Assembly: GCA_046861385.1 (NCBI GenBank)
Contig: JBHHTW010000004.1
Coordinates: forward strand, 53,756-117,755
DNA: 64,000 bases
Source of the DNA: Fidelibacterota bacterium
Lineage (GTDB): Bacteria > Fidelibacterota > Marinisomatia > Marinisomatales > TCS55
Direction of reading: 5' to 3'
Both the position numbers and the translations under genes were made by a program. The notes under the pieces were generated by a model, which saw only the letters and a list, made by a program, of their open reading frames with translations, had not been told where the DNA came from and searched no databases. This document shows positions 39,013 to 47,749 of this stretch, in pieces (within the stretch, counting starts at the first letter, position 1; each line of letters begins with the position of its first letter).

Positions 39013-40821
39013 TTAAATTTCCTTAAACGTTGATTTCACTGGCACAAATTTTCGAGAGGAAAAATAAGGTTGTGGGAAACAATGAGTTAGTTTCATCTGG
39101 CCTTTATTGAACCCATCTGTAAAACAATCCCCGTCATCATCATCGTCATGATCGTCATGGTCGTCATCATCATCTCCACTGCTACTGCTACCCATCCTAT
39201 TTACGAATATCGCTCCTTCCATATACGCATTACTATTGTCCATAATAAAATGACCGTCCGGAACGAATGCAATTCCATAAAGTGTCCCATCTAATTTCAA
39301 ATCTCCTCGAGCCGTCACTATAGCCCACACTACCACATTTTCCTTTATTTCAACATCGTCTTTTGAGTAGACTTCAGTTAATGTTGATGGACGACATGAA
39401 GGTGAATTCCCGGATAAATCAGTACCGATCTGAGAATAATCTTTTATCTTGATATCTTTTTTGGCAATTAGAATAATATTGTCGTCAATAAAACTCTGGG
39501 TGTTGTCCTCTTCATCTATTGTAATTTGTCCGCTGGACACCAGAATCCCCGGCAAAGATAGAGTGCTATCTCCCCCGCTTACTGCTCCGGTAATTGTACT
39601 GCCTTTAATATCTATATCACCATCAACAAAATAGGTTCTGTTTGTATAAGAACTCAAATCAAATGTTGTCAGTTCAATCTCTAAATCCCCATCATATTCA
39701 TTTCCACCAGTGCTTGAAATGGCATCGGCGATATTGATGAGACTATCGTAAGGGCTATGGTTAAAATTGGGAAGTGTGGGTGTTGGATTTAAGTAAATAT
39801 CCCAATCGAACGTGGAATTAAAATTCCCGGTAACTGTATTGCCGGTTGGAACATAAATGGTCGTTGGCCCACCATAACTTGGGGAACCGACAATTGCGCT
39901 GGATTCTACATCAACATCTCCTCCAATAAATATTGAGCAGTTTAAAATTGCATTGTCATTAATTTCAAATCCGCTTGACCCATTATCGTCATCGTCATCG
40001 TGATCATCATCGTTGCATTCATCATCACCATAATTACATAATAAACCCCCATTACGGCTGTAACCTGAAATAATTTCAAATGACCCGGCAACCATACCCG
40101 CACCAATGGGTTCTGAGCAGCTGGTATGGATTTCAACATGAAGGTCTCCGTTTATAAATATTTTAATTTTAGAACCTAAAGTTCCTTTGCTATCCACACC
40201 ATTTATTGTAAATGTACCCCCAGGTGACACAGTTTGTTTAAAGATTTTTTTCCATTTTTTTCCTTTTTTTTGTTTGACCTTAACAGACGCAGAACTGCTC
40301 CCATTATATTGCAGAGTGAGTTGAGTCACCTTACCATCGCATTCACCACATTCCTCACCTCCAGGTGATTCTCCACTTTCCAATATGACAGATATGGATG
40401 GCCAGAGACTAAAGTCAGTTATTCCTTTGAATGAACTTTCTACGATCCGTTTTGTCTCCCCATGAGTTCCTGTACTGATAAAACGAAGCGACCCGTTATT
40501 TACAGGTCCACCTCCATTAGCGACCAAAGAGCTTTCTAATGTTATTGTACTATTATAATAAGAATATGTACCCGGAACGGAATCAGCATTGCTTGCCGAT
40601 TCTTCGAAGGCGTACTCCATACCGGAGACTGCACTCCAATAGGATTGACTGGTTGACATTATTTCACTCGCTTCAGAAATATTCAACATAACCGTTGACC
40701 TTAAATAAATCAGAATCAAACTAAGTACGACGACAACCACCATGGCTGTGACAGCAAAAACGAATCCTTCCTCTTTTGGAATTATCTGTTTATTCATCTT
40801 TTTTGTATTGTTAATAATCAC
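39013..40821 (-). CDS. Large PilX/GspK-like minor pilin, probable tip adhesin, with Cys-rich insert and Asp/His tracts
   Basis: EEG|FVFAV prepilin site without Glu5; Y..A.SG.EY; STG..G..KRIV; beta-helix-like C-terminus. Confidence 0.75.
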   Translation of the reverse strand: MIINNTKKMNKQIIPKEEGFVFAVTAMVVVVVLSLILIYLRSTVMLNISEASEIMSTSQSYWSAVSGMEYAFEESASNADSVPGTYSYYNSTITLESSLVANGGGPVNNGSLRFISTGTHGETKRIVESSFKGITDFSLWPSISVILESGESPGGEECGECDGKVTQLTLQYNGSSSASVKVKQKKGKKWKKIFKQTVSPGGTFTINGVDSKGTLGSKIKIFINGDLHVEIHTSCSEPIGAGMVAGSFEIISGYSRNGGLLCNYGDDECNDDDHDDDDDNGSSGFEINDNAILNCSIFIGGDVDVESSAIVGSPSYGGPTTIYVPTGNTVTGNFNSTFDWDIYLNPTPTLPNFNHSPYDSLINIADAISSTGGNEYDGDLEIELTTFDLSSYTNRTYFVDGDIDIKGSTITGAVSGGDSTLSLPGILVSSGQITIDEEDNTQSFIDDNIILIAKKDIKIKDYSQIGTDLSGNSPSCRPSTLTEVYSKDDVEIKENVVVWAIVTARGDLKLDGTLYGIAFVPDGHFIMDNSNAYMEGAIFVNRMGSSSSGDDDDDHDDHDDDDDGDCFTDGFNKGQMKLTHCFPQPYFSSRKFVPVKSTFKEI

Positions 40822-40825
40822 GCCT

Positions 40826-41386
40826 TTAATTTCCTGTACATCCTTCAGTGGCTAATTTATAGTTTTCGGGATAGACGTCGGCTATGTACGATATAGTGTC
40901 AGTATCATTGGCCATATTGATCAATAATTCTACTGTCCAAACGTTTTGTATTTCAGTAATAGATAACGGAACACTGGTTAATTCTGTGTGATCCCTTTCA
41001 TAATATTGAAATCCGCTCGCACTTACATAAACGTGGTCTGTCAACGTATTTGAAATACCATCACTAATTATTTTTCGGGTAAATAGGGTTGAATCCAATG
41101 CATATTCAACTGTAAAACCTTGGTTTGTCTTGAAACGAATTTTATTATTATCGGCAAACAGTAGACCGGTCTCTTGTGAAAGATGGCTGTAATCCCGTGT
41201 AAATAAAAATACACTATACTGACCGTCAATATTCAAGTTTTTTCGAGAACGTACATCACTATACATCCGAAGACTATTACTAATCACAACCGCAACCACG
41301 GTAGAAATAATCCCATAAACAATTACGCCAATGATCAATTCAACCAATGTAAATCCTTTTGAATTGATTTTTGGTAAAACTATCAT
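40826..41386 (-). CDS. Minor pilin (PilW/MshO-like)
   Basis: KG|FTLVELIIG; likely start 41386. Confidence 0.8.
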   Translation of the reverse strand: MIVLPKINSKGFTLVELIIGVIVYGIISTVVAVVISNSLRMYSDVRSRKNLNIDGQYSVFLFTRDYSHLSQETGLLFADNNKIRFKTNQGFTVEYALDSTLFTRKIISDGISNTLTDHVYVSASGFQYYERDHTELTSVPLSITEIQNVWTVELLINMANDTDTISYIADVYPENYKLATEGCTGN

Positions 41387-41492
41387 GTGCGAGATCCTGC
41401 TGGATAGTCTTTTCCTCAAATTCCATTTCAATTGTTTCAGTTCAATCATTGATTATTTTTCCAACCTTATTACGAAAATTGTATTGATAATC

Positions 41493-42074
41493 TCAATCAT
41501 CGTGGTCGTCATGATCATCATGGTCATCTCCGGTTCCGGTACCTTCTTGATCGCAGGTCCCACAGGGATTGTTGTCGCTGATATCTACGATTTGTTTTGG
41601 TGTAATTAATGATGTTAATGTAACTGGAACCGGTAAACCTTGATGACTCACTTGGACGATAATATGTTTATAGTTTGTCTGAGTACCTACACTATCCACC
41701 CAGCTAACAGCCGGATTCACATAATAGATTCGGGTAGTCACGTCATAACCGGGAAATCCTTTTGGTTGGAAATCCCAGGCGTATCCTGCATAATCATCGG
41801 CATCATCAAAATCTGAAACAAAACTTTCTTCTGGTCCTAAATTGAGCGTCCACGGCTCTGCAGAACTTTCATCAAAATTTTCAGCGCGGACAGTATGCAT
41901 CACGGAATTAGCCACAGAAACTGCACGAAATGTGGCTTCAATTTGAAAACTTTTTGAACGAATGAATGTAAATGCATTCATGGCACCTACAAACCCTATC
42001 CCAACGATTACTACTCCAATAATAATTTCTACTAAGGAAAATCCGCTGTCATTTTTATTAGTTCTCATAGACAT
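41493..42074 (-). CDS. Minor pilin (PilV/MshD-like) with C-terminal CxxC and (DDH)3DD tail
   Basis: SG|FSLVEIIIG; FDDADDY motif; likely start 42074 or 42068. Confidence 0.8.
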   Translation of the reverse strand: MSMRTNKNDSGFSLVEIIIGVVIVGIGFVGAMNAFTFIRSKSFQIEATFRAVSVANSVMHTVRAENFDESSAEPWTLNLGPEESFVSDFDDADDYAGYAWDFQPKGFPGYDVTTRIYYVNPAVSWVDSVGTQTNYKHIIVQVSHQGLPVPVTLTSLITPKQIVDISDNNPCGTCDQEGTGTGDDHDDHDDHDD

Positions 42075-42579
42075 ATCCGGATTTTGGTTCAATTTTAATG
42101 GTACGGTAATTATTAATAACAATATCACCACCATTCGATGGGGTGCCCCACCAATCGAAATACATTTCCAAGTTTCCCCCAAAAGAAACGCTGGTGATTA
42201 CGGCATCCACATATAAGGCAGTTAAGTCCGACATTTGTTGAGTATTGGTGGCCGGATCAACAATAAGTGTTCTGTTTGATGATGAGGGACCTGAATAAAT
42301 ACCGTAGCTGTTTGTTGAGGGGTCCACGACTAACCAAGTTGTATCATGCCTGGCAGCCGCATAATCCCGGATATACCTAACATCATCTTTTATTTTTTCA
42401 ATGGCATTTCTAACCCGAAGGCTTTCAATCGCATCCATGAATCGTGGAACGAATATCGCCGCCAATATGGACATTATAACTATCACCATAATTAATTCAA
42501 TTAGAGTAAAACCCATATCTTTAGATTTATGATCCAATTGACTACGATTAGAATATTGACCAATGATTGGGTAATTCAT
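42058..42579 (-). CDS. Minor pilin (FimT/MshC-like)
   Basis: MG|FTLIELIMV; FDWWGTP; IEPKSGYV C-terminus. Confidence 0.8.
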   Translation of the reverse strand: MNYPIIGQYSNRSQLDHKSKDMGFTLIELIMVIVIMSILAAIFVPRFMDAIESLRVRNAIEKIKDDVRYIRDYAAARHDTTWLVVDPSTNSYGIYSGPSSSNRTLIVDPATNTQQMSDLTALYVDAVITSVSFGGNLEMYFDWWGTPSNGGDIVINNYRTIKIEPKSGYVYEN

Positions 42580-42589
42580 TGACTTACTC

Positions 42590-43021
42590 TTAAGGCCTGA
42601 AACTAAATGATAAACCACTCTTGGCATCCTTTAAGAAAAAACCATATTGATCTTCAGCCGTGGGGGCAAGTAATGCATAGAGAAAAGGTTCGTTATAACT
42701 GTTTTTCGGAATAAATCCTTTTGAAAAAAGAGATACAGGTGTTTTACCATTATAGAGAACAGGGTCATTTCCCCAAGCATCATCCATAATGCTATCTGCA
42801 GGTGCCGGTGGGAATTCGGTCGAGCGATCCATCACACTCAGGTAGAAGTGATTAATAAAGGCTTGTTTGATGGCTATCATATTCGCTTCTGTGGATCTGA
42901 TACGACTTTCAGTGCTAAACCTTGTATATGTGGGAGCCACAATGGCAGAAAGTGTAACCATAATGGCTACTGAAATCACCAATTCAATGAGCGTAAATCC
43001 TTTTCTGCTTCCATTATACAT
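42590..43021 (-). CDS. Type IV pilin-like protein
   Basis: KG|FTLIELVIS; likely start 43021 after AAGGGG. Confidence 0.8.
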   Translation of the reverse strand: MYNGSRKGFTLIELVISVAIMVTLSAIVAPTYTRFSTESRIRSTEANMIAIKQAFINHFYLSVMDRSTEFPPAPADSIMDDAWGNDPVLYNGKTPVSLFSKGFIPKNSYNEPFLYALLAPTAEDQYGFFLKDAKSGLSFSFRP

Positions 43022-43032
43022 CCCCTTAAAAT

Positions 43033-43067
43033 AAAACAGTCCCGCTAAAATGCGGGACTGTTTTTTT
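43033..43067 (-). terminator. Intrinsic terminator between the upstream pilins and the minor pilins
   Basis: AAAACAGTCCCGC-TAAAAT-GCGGGACTGTTTT perfect 13-bp stem with T runs on both strands. Confidence 0.85.
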
Positions 43068-43124
43068 AAGATAAACATGGGTCAAACTATCAGTTCATTT
43101 ACAAATATTCCAATCCGGTTAAGT

Positions 43125-43556
43125 TTAGTTTGCAGGATCAGTTTGAGTATCTTGTTCAGCCCCAATGGTATATGTCCGAGCATTCGCTGTGCCTCCTCGC
43201 GTATACGTATAAAAACGTAAGTCAGTCGCTCCTCTTCCGCTATATTCAAAAGAGCCTGTAGTTGCGCCGCTATTATAGCTCCAACCCTCCGGTATTTCAT
43301 CGAGTACGTCGGACAGCACGGTACTGCTGGCATGATCGGGATATTCTTTTTTCCCGTTGTCTGCCATATTATTCACTGAATACAACATTAACCCCGCTTT
43401 AATATTACCTATGACTGATTCCTGAACCTTTGCATGGGTTCGATCTTCAAGGTTAAAAAATTTGGGGACTACTACTGCAGCAAGAATACCCATGATAACA
43501 ATAACCATGATTAATTCTATGAGTGTGAAACCCTGTTCTTGTATTCGTTGTTTCAT
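43125..43556 (-). CDS. Probable major pilin (MshA/PilA-like)
   Basis: QG|FTLIELIMVIVIMGILAAVVVPKF; AAAGGA Shine-Dalgarno; followed by a terminator. Confidence 0.85.
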   Translation of the reverse strand: MKQRIQEQGFTLIELIMVIVIMGILAAVVVPKFFNLEDRTHAKVQESVIGNIKAGLMLYSVNNMADNGKKEYPDHASSTVLSDVLDEIPEGWSYNSGATTGSFEYSGRGATDLRFYTYTRGGTANARTYTIGAEQDTQTDPAN

Positions 43557-43588
43557 CTTATGTTCCTTTCGTTGTTCTTTTAGTTTAT

Positions 43589-44092
43589 TTATGGTGTAAA
43601 TGTGTTAGCGATTTGACTGAATGACGGATCTTCAATTGTAATCGAAGGCTGGGTGGTAACCGTTAATGTTACGATACCGCCGGACGTAGTCCATTCTCCT
43701 GCACCTGCCGTAACAGCTGAAATTAGATATTCTCGATTGTCAAAAGGAGATTCCGGAACTCCGCCCGGGAAAATATCAGCAAATGTTACAAATGTTTCCA
43801 CTCCGTTATTTAAATACTTTATTACCTGTGTTTCGGCTTTTACCGAGTCATCAGCCACTGCTGCAAATGTTGCAATAGCATTGGTTCCGTCTCCGTACGG
43901 TGCGCGCTTAATATATTCCTGGATAATAGCTGAACCAATGTTGTTCACATTATCCAGAGATTTTGCACCTTTTGCATTATTACCCGCTTCAATATAGCTG
44001 GGGACAGCAAATGCAGCTAATGTTCCGACAATGGCGGTTGTAACCACCAACTCCATCAATGTGAAGCCTTGTCTTTTTGCCATCATTTTCAT
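43589..44092 (-). CDS. Type IV pilin (second candidate major pilin)
   Basis: QG|FTLMELVVTTAIVGTLAAFAVPSY; likely start 44092. Confidence 0.85.
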   Translation of the reverse strand: MKMMAKRQGFTLMELVVTTAIVGTLAAFAVPSYIEAGNNAKGAKSLDNVNNIGSAIIQEYIKRAPYGDGTNAIATFAAVADDSVKAETQVIKYLNNGVETFVTFADIFPGGVPESPFDNREYLISAVTAGAGEWTTSGGIVTLTVTTQPSITIEDPSFSQIANTFTP

Positions 44093-44132
44093 TTTATTTC
44101 CTATTCTTTGATTTTTCATACTACTAATACGG

Positions 44133-44148
44133 ACAAATACCATGCCAA
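44133..44148 (-). promoter_or_regulatory. Putative sigma54 (-24/-12) promoter of the pilin operon
   Basis: Minus strand TTGGCATGGTATTTGT versus consensus TGGCAC-N5-TTGC (GG-N10-GT). Confidence 0.6.
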
Positions 44149-44189
44149 ACACTTCTACCGAGGGGAATATATACTATTAATTATAAATA

Positions 44190-44227
44190 TGTCCCAAATG
44201 AAAACAGCACTGTCTCATAATGGAACA
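44190..44227. promoter_or_regulatory. Two TGT-N11-ACA candidate enhancer sites
   Basis: TGTCCCAAATGAAAACA (44190-44206) and TGTCTCATAATGGAACA (44211-44227), 21 bp apart. Confidence 0.5.
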
Positions 44228-44363
44228 CTAAATATTAATTTATGGTTTATGGATTTGTATATCCAATTTTGTGAAACAGAATAAATATTCTGAATAATTT
44301 AACAGCATAAACAGATTCCTGATTAAATTATATTCAATGATCCATAAAGATAATTAAATCATC

Positions 44364-44990
44364 ATGAAATCTAAATCAGTAAAAGGGGAAAAACTGAAGC
44401 ACCTAAACCAAATGGTTGGTCTTATTATTTTCCTACCCATTCTAATGGCTCAGGACAGTATTAATCAAGGGGAAAGATTAAATCAGATCATTGATGAGTA
44501 TCCATACGAGAGGAATCCGGCTGTCTCTGTCATTCCCCTCGAACATTGGTATGATCAATATAATGAAGAGGAGAATATTCTTTTAAAAGAAATCTTATCC
44601 CATTTCGGTTACGAAATCAATACTGACACTTCTTATTGGTCATCGGATGACACTGATATCGTAAAACAATTTCAAGAAAAGAATTTTATTAGAGTGGATG
44701 GGAAAATTGGTCCCGAAACCCTTTCTACAATGTCATTTATTTTACATGAATTATTTGACCATGAAAGTATTGAATCTATTCAAGGATTTACTCAACCCAC
44801 TTTCGGTAATATTTTATTTACAAATTATGATCAGGTAAAGGTCGGTGATATTGTAAAATACTGGCACCCCGATTTTGACAAGTGGCTTTATGCAAGGGTC
44901 ACTAGTATCGTGGGAACAACCGTGACGTTAAATGATTGGTCTCGGAGAGAAACCTTTATGATGGATAAGGATGATATTGAGGGATATTAA
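44364..44990 (+). CDS. Exported protein with peptidoglycan-binding (PG_binding_1-like) domain
   Basis: L..FGY...VKQFQ......DGKIGPETL; C-terminal SH3/KOW-like segment. Confidence 0.7.
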   Translation: MKSKSVKGEKLKHLNQMVGLIIFLPILMAQDSINQGERLNQIIDEYPYERNPAVSVIPLEHWYDQYNEEENILLKEILSHFGYEINTDTSYWSSDDTDIVKQFQEKNFIRVDGKIGPETLSTMSFILHELFDHESIESIQGFTQPTFGNILFTNYDQVKVGDIVKYWHPDFDKWLYARVTSIVGTTVTLNDWSRRETFMMDKDDIEGY

Positions 44991-45112
44991 TTAAAAAAGG
45001 CGTAATAGATTAAGATGGCCGCAATGGACATCACTAATAAATAAATCCATGAAGGATATTTTTTATGTAAAAAGTGGAATTTCCAATTATTTGCTTTTGA
45101 TTTTTGTTTCAT
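44987..45112 (-). CDS. Unannotated 41-aa single-pass membrane protein
   Basis: MKQKSKANNWKFHFLHKKYPSWIYLLVMSIAAILIYYAFFN; GAGG Shine-Dalgarno; starts 21 bp after the pilC stop. Confidence 0.55.
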   Translation of the reverse strand: MKQKSKANNWKFHFLHKKYPSWIYLLVMSIAAILIYYAFFN

Positions 45113-45133
45113 ATCTTGCCTCTTTCCTGATAA

Positions 45134-46342
45134 TTACATTGTATTGTACATATTCCACATTGGTAAAAAGATGCCTAATGCTATCAATAGTAAAAATACA
45201 CCCATCACGACAGTCATGAGCGGTTCAATCATCGTGGACATTTTTTTTATGAGTTCATCCACTTCTTCATCGTATTGTCTGGCAATATTCGCCAGCATTT
45301 CATCCAATGCACCTGATTTTTCTCCAATGCTGATCATTTTTACAGCCATGGTTGGAAAATACTTACTTTCTGTCAAGGACTCAGCGAGAGATACACCTTC
45401 GGAGACTTTTTCTTTTGCTTTCTTAATGTGACTGCCTATCACAATATTTCCGACTGTTTTTTCAGTTATTTCAAGTGCATCTATGATTAGAATGCCACCC
45501 CGGCTAAGGGTTTCCAGCATGTGGGAAAACCTAGCAATGGTACTTTTGATAATGATGTTTTTGATAACGGGTAATTTTAACTTGATCAGGTCCAGTGTCC
45601 AAAGGCCTTTGGGTGTTCTAAAAAATAAAACAGCGCCTATCACCATGGCCACTATTAATATAAAAGTGATTAGTCCATATTGCGTAAATGCATTGCTGAC
45701 ACCCAAGAGTATACGAGTCGGCAATGGTAGTTTAATGCTTTGGGCTTCAAAAAGCTTTGAAAATTTAGGTATTATAAACACAATAGCACCAACAAAAGCC
45801 AAAACGAGAGCCGAAAACACAATGATTGGATATCGGAGTGCAGCTTTTATGTTCGCAACTACCTGTATTTCATGTCCAATAAATTTTGCCAGCCGTTTTA
45901 AAATTGCGTCCAGTACGCCTGCTTTTTCCCCCGCTTCAATCATATATATATAAATGGGAGAGAAGGCTTTTGGATAAGCGCTTAACGCTTGAGAGAATGA
46001 TTCCCCACTGTTTAATTTTATCACAAGGGACTTAATTATGTTTTTCATTTGGGAAGTTTCAGCTTGCTCTTCAAGAGCTTCCAAACTACCCAATAGAGGT
46101 ACACCTGCATTTAACATAATGGTGAGCTGGGTGGTAAAATGTTCTATTTCCTGAGGTTTAATTTTTGATTTTCTTTCCAACCATGCATTAATATCTAATG
46201 ATTTTCTTTTTTTCTTAACCTCTAGAACTAATTCATTTCTACTCTCTGCCGCTTCGTATATTTCAAATTTTGTTTCTGCTGTGACAACTCTCTCAAGAAT
46301 AGTTCCGTCATCAGTAATCAGTTTACAGCTAAATTCAGGCAT
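45134..46342 (-). CDS. pilC: Type IV filament inner-membrane platform protein
   Basis: AGVPL, GEKAGVLD, ALRYP, GEKSGALD, IEP, IFLPMW. Confidence 0.92.
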   Translation of the reverse strand: MPEFSCKLITDDGTILERVVTAETKFEIYEAAESRNELVLEVKKKRKSLDINAWLERKSKIKPQEIEHFTTQLTIMLNAGVPLLGSLEALEEQAETSQMKNIIKSLVIKLNSGESFSQALSAYPKAFSPIYIYMIEAGEKAGVLDAILKRLAKFIGHEIQVVANIKAALRYPIIVFSALVLAFVGAIVFIIPKFSKLFEAQSIKLPLPTRILLGVSNAFTQYGLITFILIVAMVIGAVLFFRTPKGLWTLDLIKLKLPVIKNIIIKSTIARFSHMLETLSRGGILIIDALEITEKTVGNIVIGSHIKKAKEKVSEGVSLAESLTESKYFPTMAVKMISIGEKSGALDEMLANIARQYDEEVDELIKKMSTMIEPLMTVVMGVFLLLIALGIFLPMWNMYNTM

Positions 46343-47730
46343 TATGAATCCTCAGCGTTATCCAGGTGATATTTTTTCATTTTCCGATATAGAGCCGACC
46401 GGGATATTTCCAATGAGGCAGCTATTTTGCTCATATTTCCGTTGAGTTTATGTAAGGCATGGCTTATGGCCATTTTTTCCAATTTCCATAGTGGATTAAT
46501 CGTTTCTTCAAAGGGCGCATCTGAATTCCCAGTGGTACTTTTCTTTCCAACATTAACAAGGACTTCATCCAGCGAATCGGTGGTTAAATTTTCTTGTGAC
46601 GAATGAAGAATAATGCGGGTTAAAACATTTTCTAATTCACGTACATTTCCTTTTAATGGAAGTGTTTGGAGTTTTTGAATCATTCCCATTGATATACTTT
46701 TAACTGACACATCTTGCTGCATCATTAATTGATGTAAAATTGAAATAAGCAATAAAGGTATATCGCATTTTTTCTCTGACAACGAAGGTAAGTGAATAGG
46801 GATAACATTTAAACGATAATACAAATCTTCCCGAAATGTTTTTTGGTCCATTTGATCATGGAGGTTTTTATGGGTGGCTGCTAGCAATCGAATATCTATA
46901 TCTTCCTCAGTTGTCCCGCCTAACCGTTCTACTTTCCGTTCTTCCAATACCCGCAAAAGTTTTCCTTGCATGGGCAGGGGCATATCTCCAATTTCATCTA
47001 AAAAGACAGTGCCTCCGTTCGCTAATTCAAATTTTCCCGGTTTTGATTTACTCGCATCCGTAAAAGCTCCTTTCTCAAAACCAAATAACTCACTTTCCAG
47101 CAAATTCTCAGGAATGGCTGCACAATTAATGGATTGAAATTTATTATTTTTTCTAGTACTTAATCGGTGGATTGTTTTCGCAACCAGTTCTTTCCCGCTT
47201 CCACTGCTTCCTGTTATCAATACTGTAAAATCAGTATTTGATATTTTGAGAATTTGGCTATAAAAGGAATTCATTTTAAGTGAATTTCCCGTAAAACAGG
47301 AGAAACCGCTGGGTCGAAGATCTTTTTTATTATTCTTTGAAATGTGTTCTAATAAATCGAAGTATACAGAAATCCGTGATCGAATATGTTCGAATTCATT
47401 CTCAAGATTTTTCATGGTAATGAATGAAAATAATTGATTGGTCTCTGAGAATATCTTTCCGGGTATTATCTCACTGTTAAAAATTAAAACGTACGGTACC
47501 CATTGACTGATTTTGTTAAGCTCTTGATTAAACTCCTTGAAATGATGTTGAACGATGCTCCAATCGATCCAAACGGTGGATTCAGGATTTATTGCGGTAT
47601 AGCCTAACAAAGAAATCCAATCGTTGGCAAAAGTGATATTATTTCTCCCTTTGCCGGACGATTTTACCAGAGATGTAAATTCTTGTTTTAGCCCTTTATT
47701 TTCGGGTGAAAGAGCAACGAGATGATTCAT
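46342..47730 (-). CDS. Sigma54-dependent activator with atypical N-terminal domain (PilR/FleQ-like role inferred)
   Basis: GSSGSGKE, ESELFGFEKGAFTDA, FLDEIG, FREDLYYRLNV, GNVREL, Fis HTH. Confidence 0.9.
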   Translation of the reverse strand: MNHLVALSPENKGLKQEFTSLVKSSGKGRNNITFANDWISLLGYTAINPESTVWIDWSIVQHHFKEFNQELNKISQWVPYVLIFNSEIIPGKIFSETNQLFSFITMKNLENEFEHIRSRISVYFDLLEHISKNNKKDLRPSGFSCFTGNSLKMNSFYSQILKISNTDFTVLITGSSGSGKELVAKTIHRLSTRKNNKFQSINCAAIPENLLESELFGFEKGAFTDASKSKPGKFELANGGTVFLDEIGDMPLPMQGKLLRVLEERKVERLGGTTEEDIDIRLLAATHKNLHDQMDQKTFREDLYYRLNVIPIHLPSLSEKKCDIPLLLISILHQLMMQQDVSVKSISMGMIQKLQTLPLKGNVRELENVLTRIILHSSQENLTTDSLDEVLVNVGKKSTTGNSDAPFEETINPLWKLEKMAISHALHKLNGNMSKIAASLEISRSALYRKMKKYHLDNAEDS

Positions 47731-47749
47731 TGAATTATATTATTCATAA

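Noticed and set aside
43125-43556. Electrically conductive (e-pilin) candidate
   Set aside because: Hand count gives about 13 F/Y/W in 134 mature residues (borderline), position 27 is Leu, and no multiheme cytochrome is in the window.
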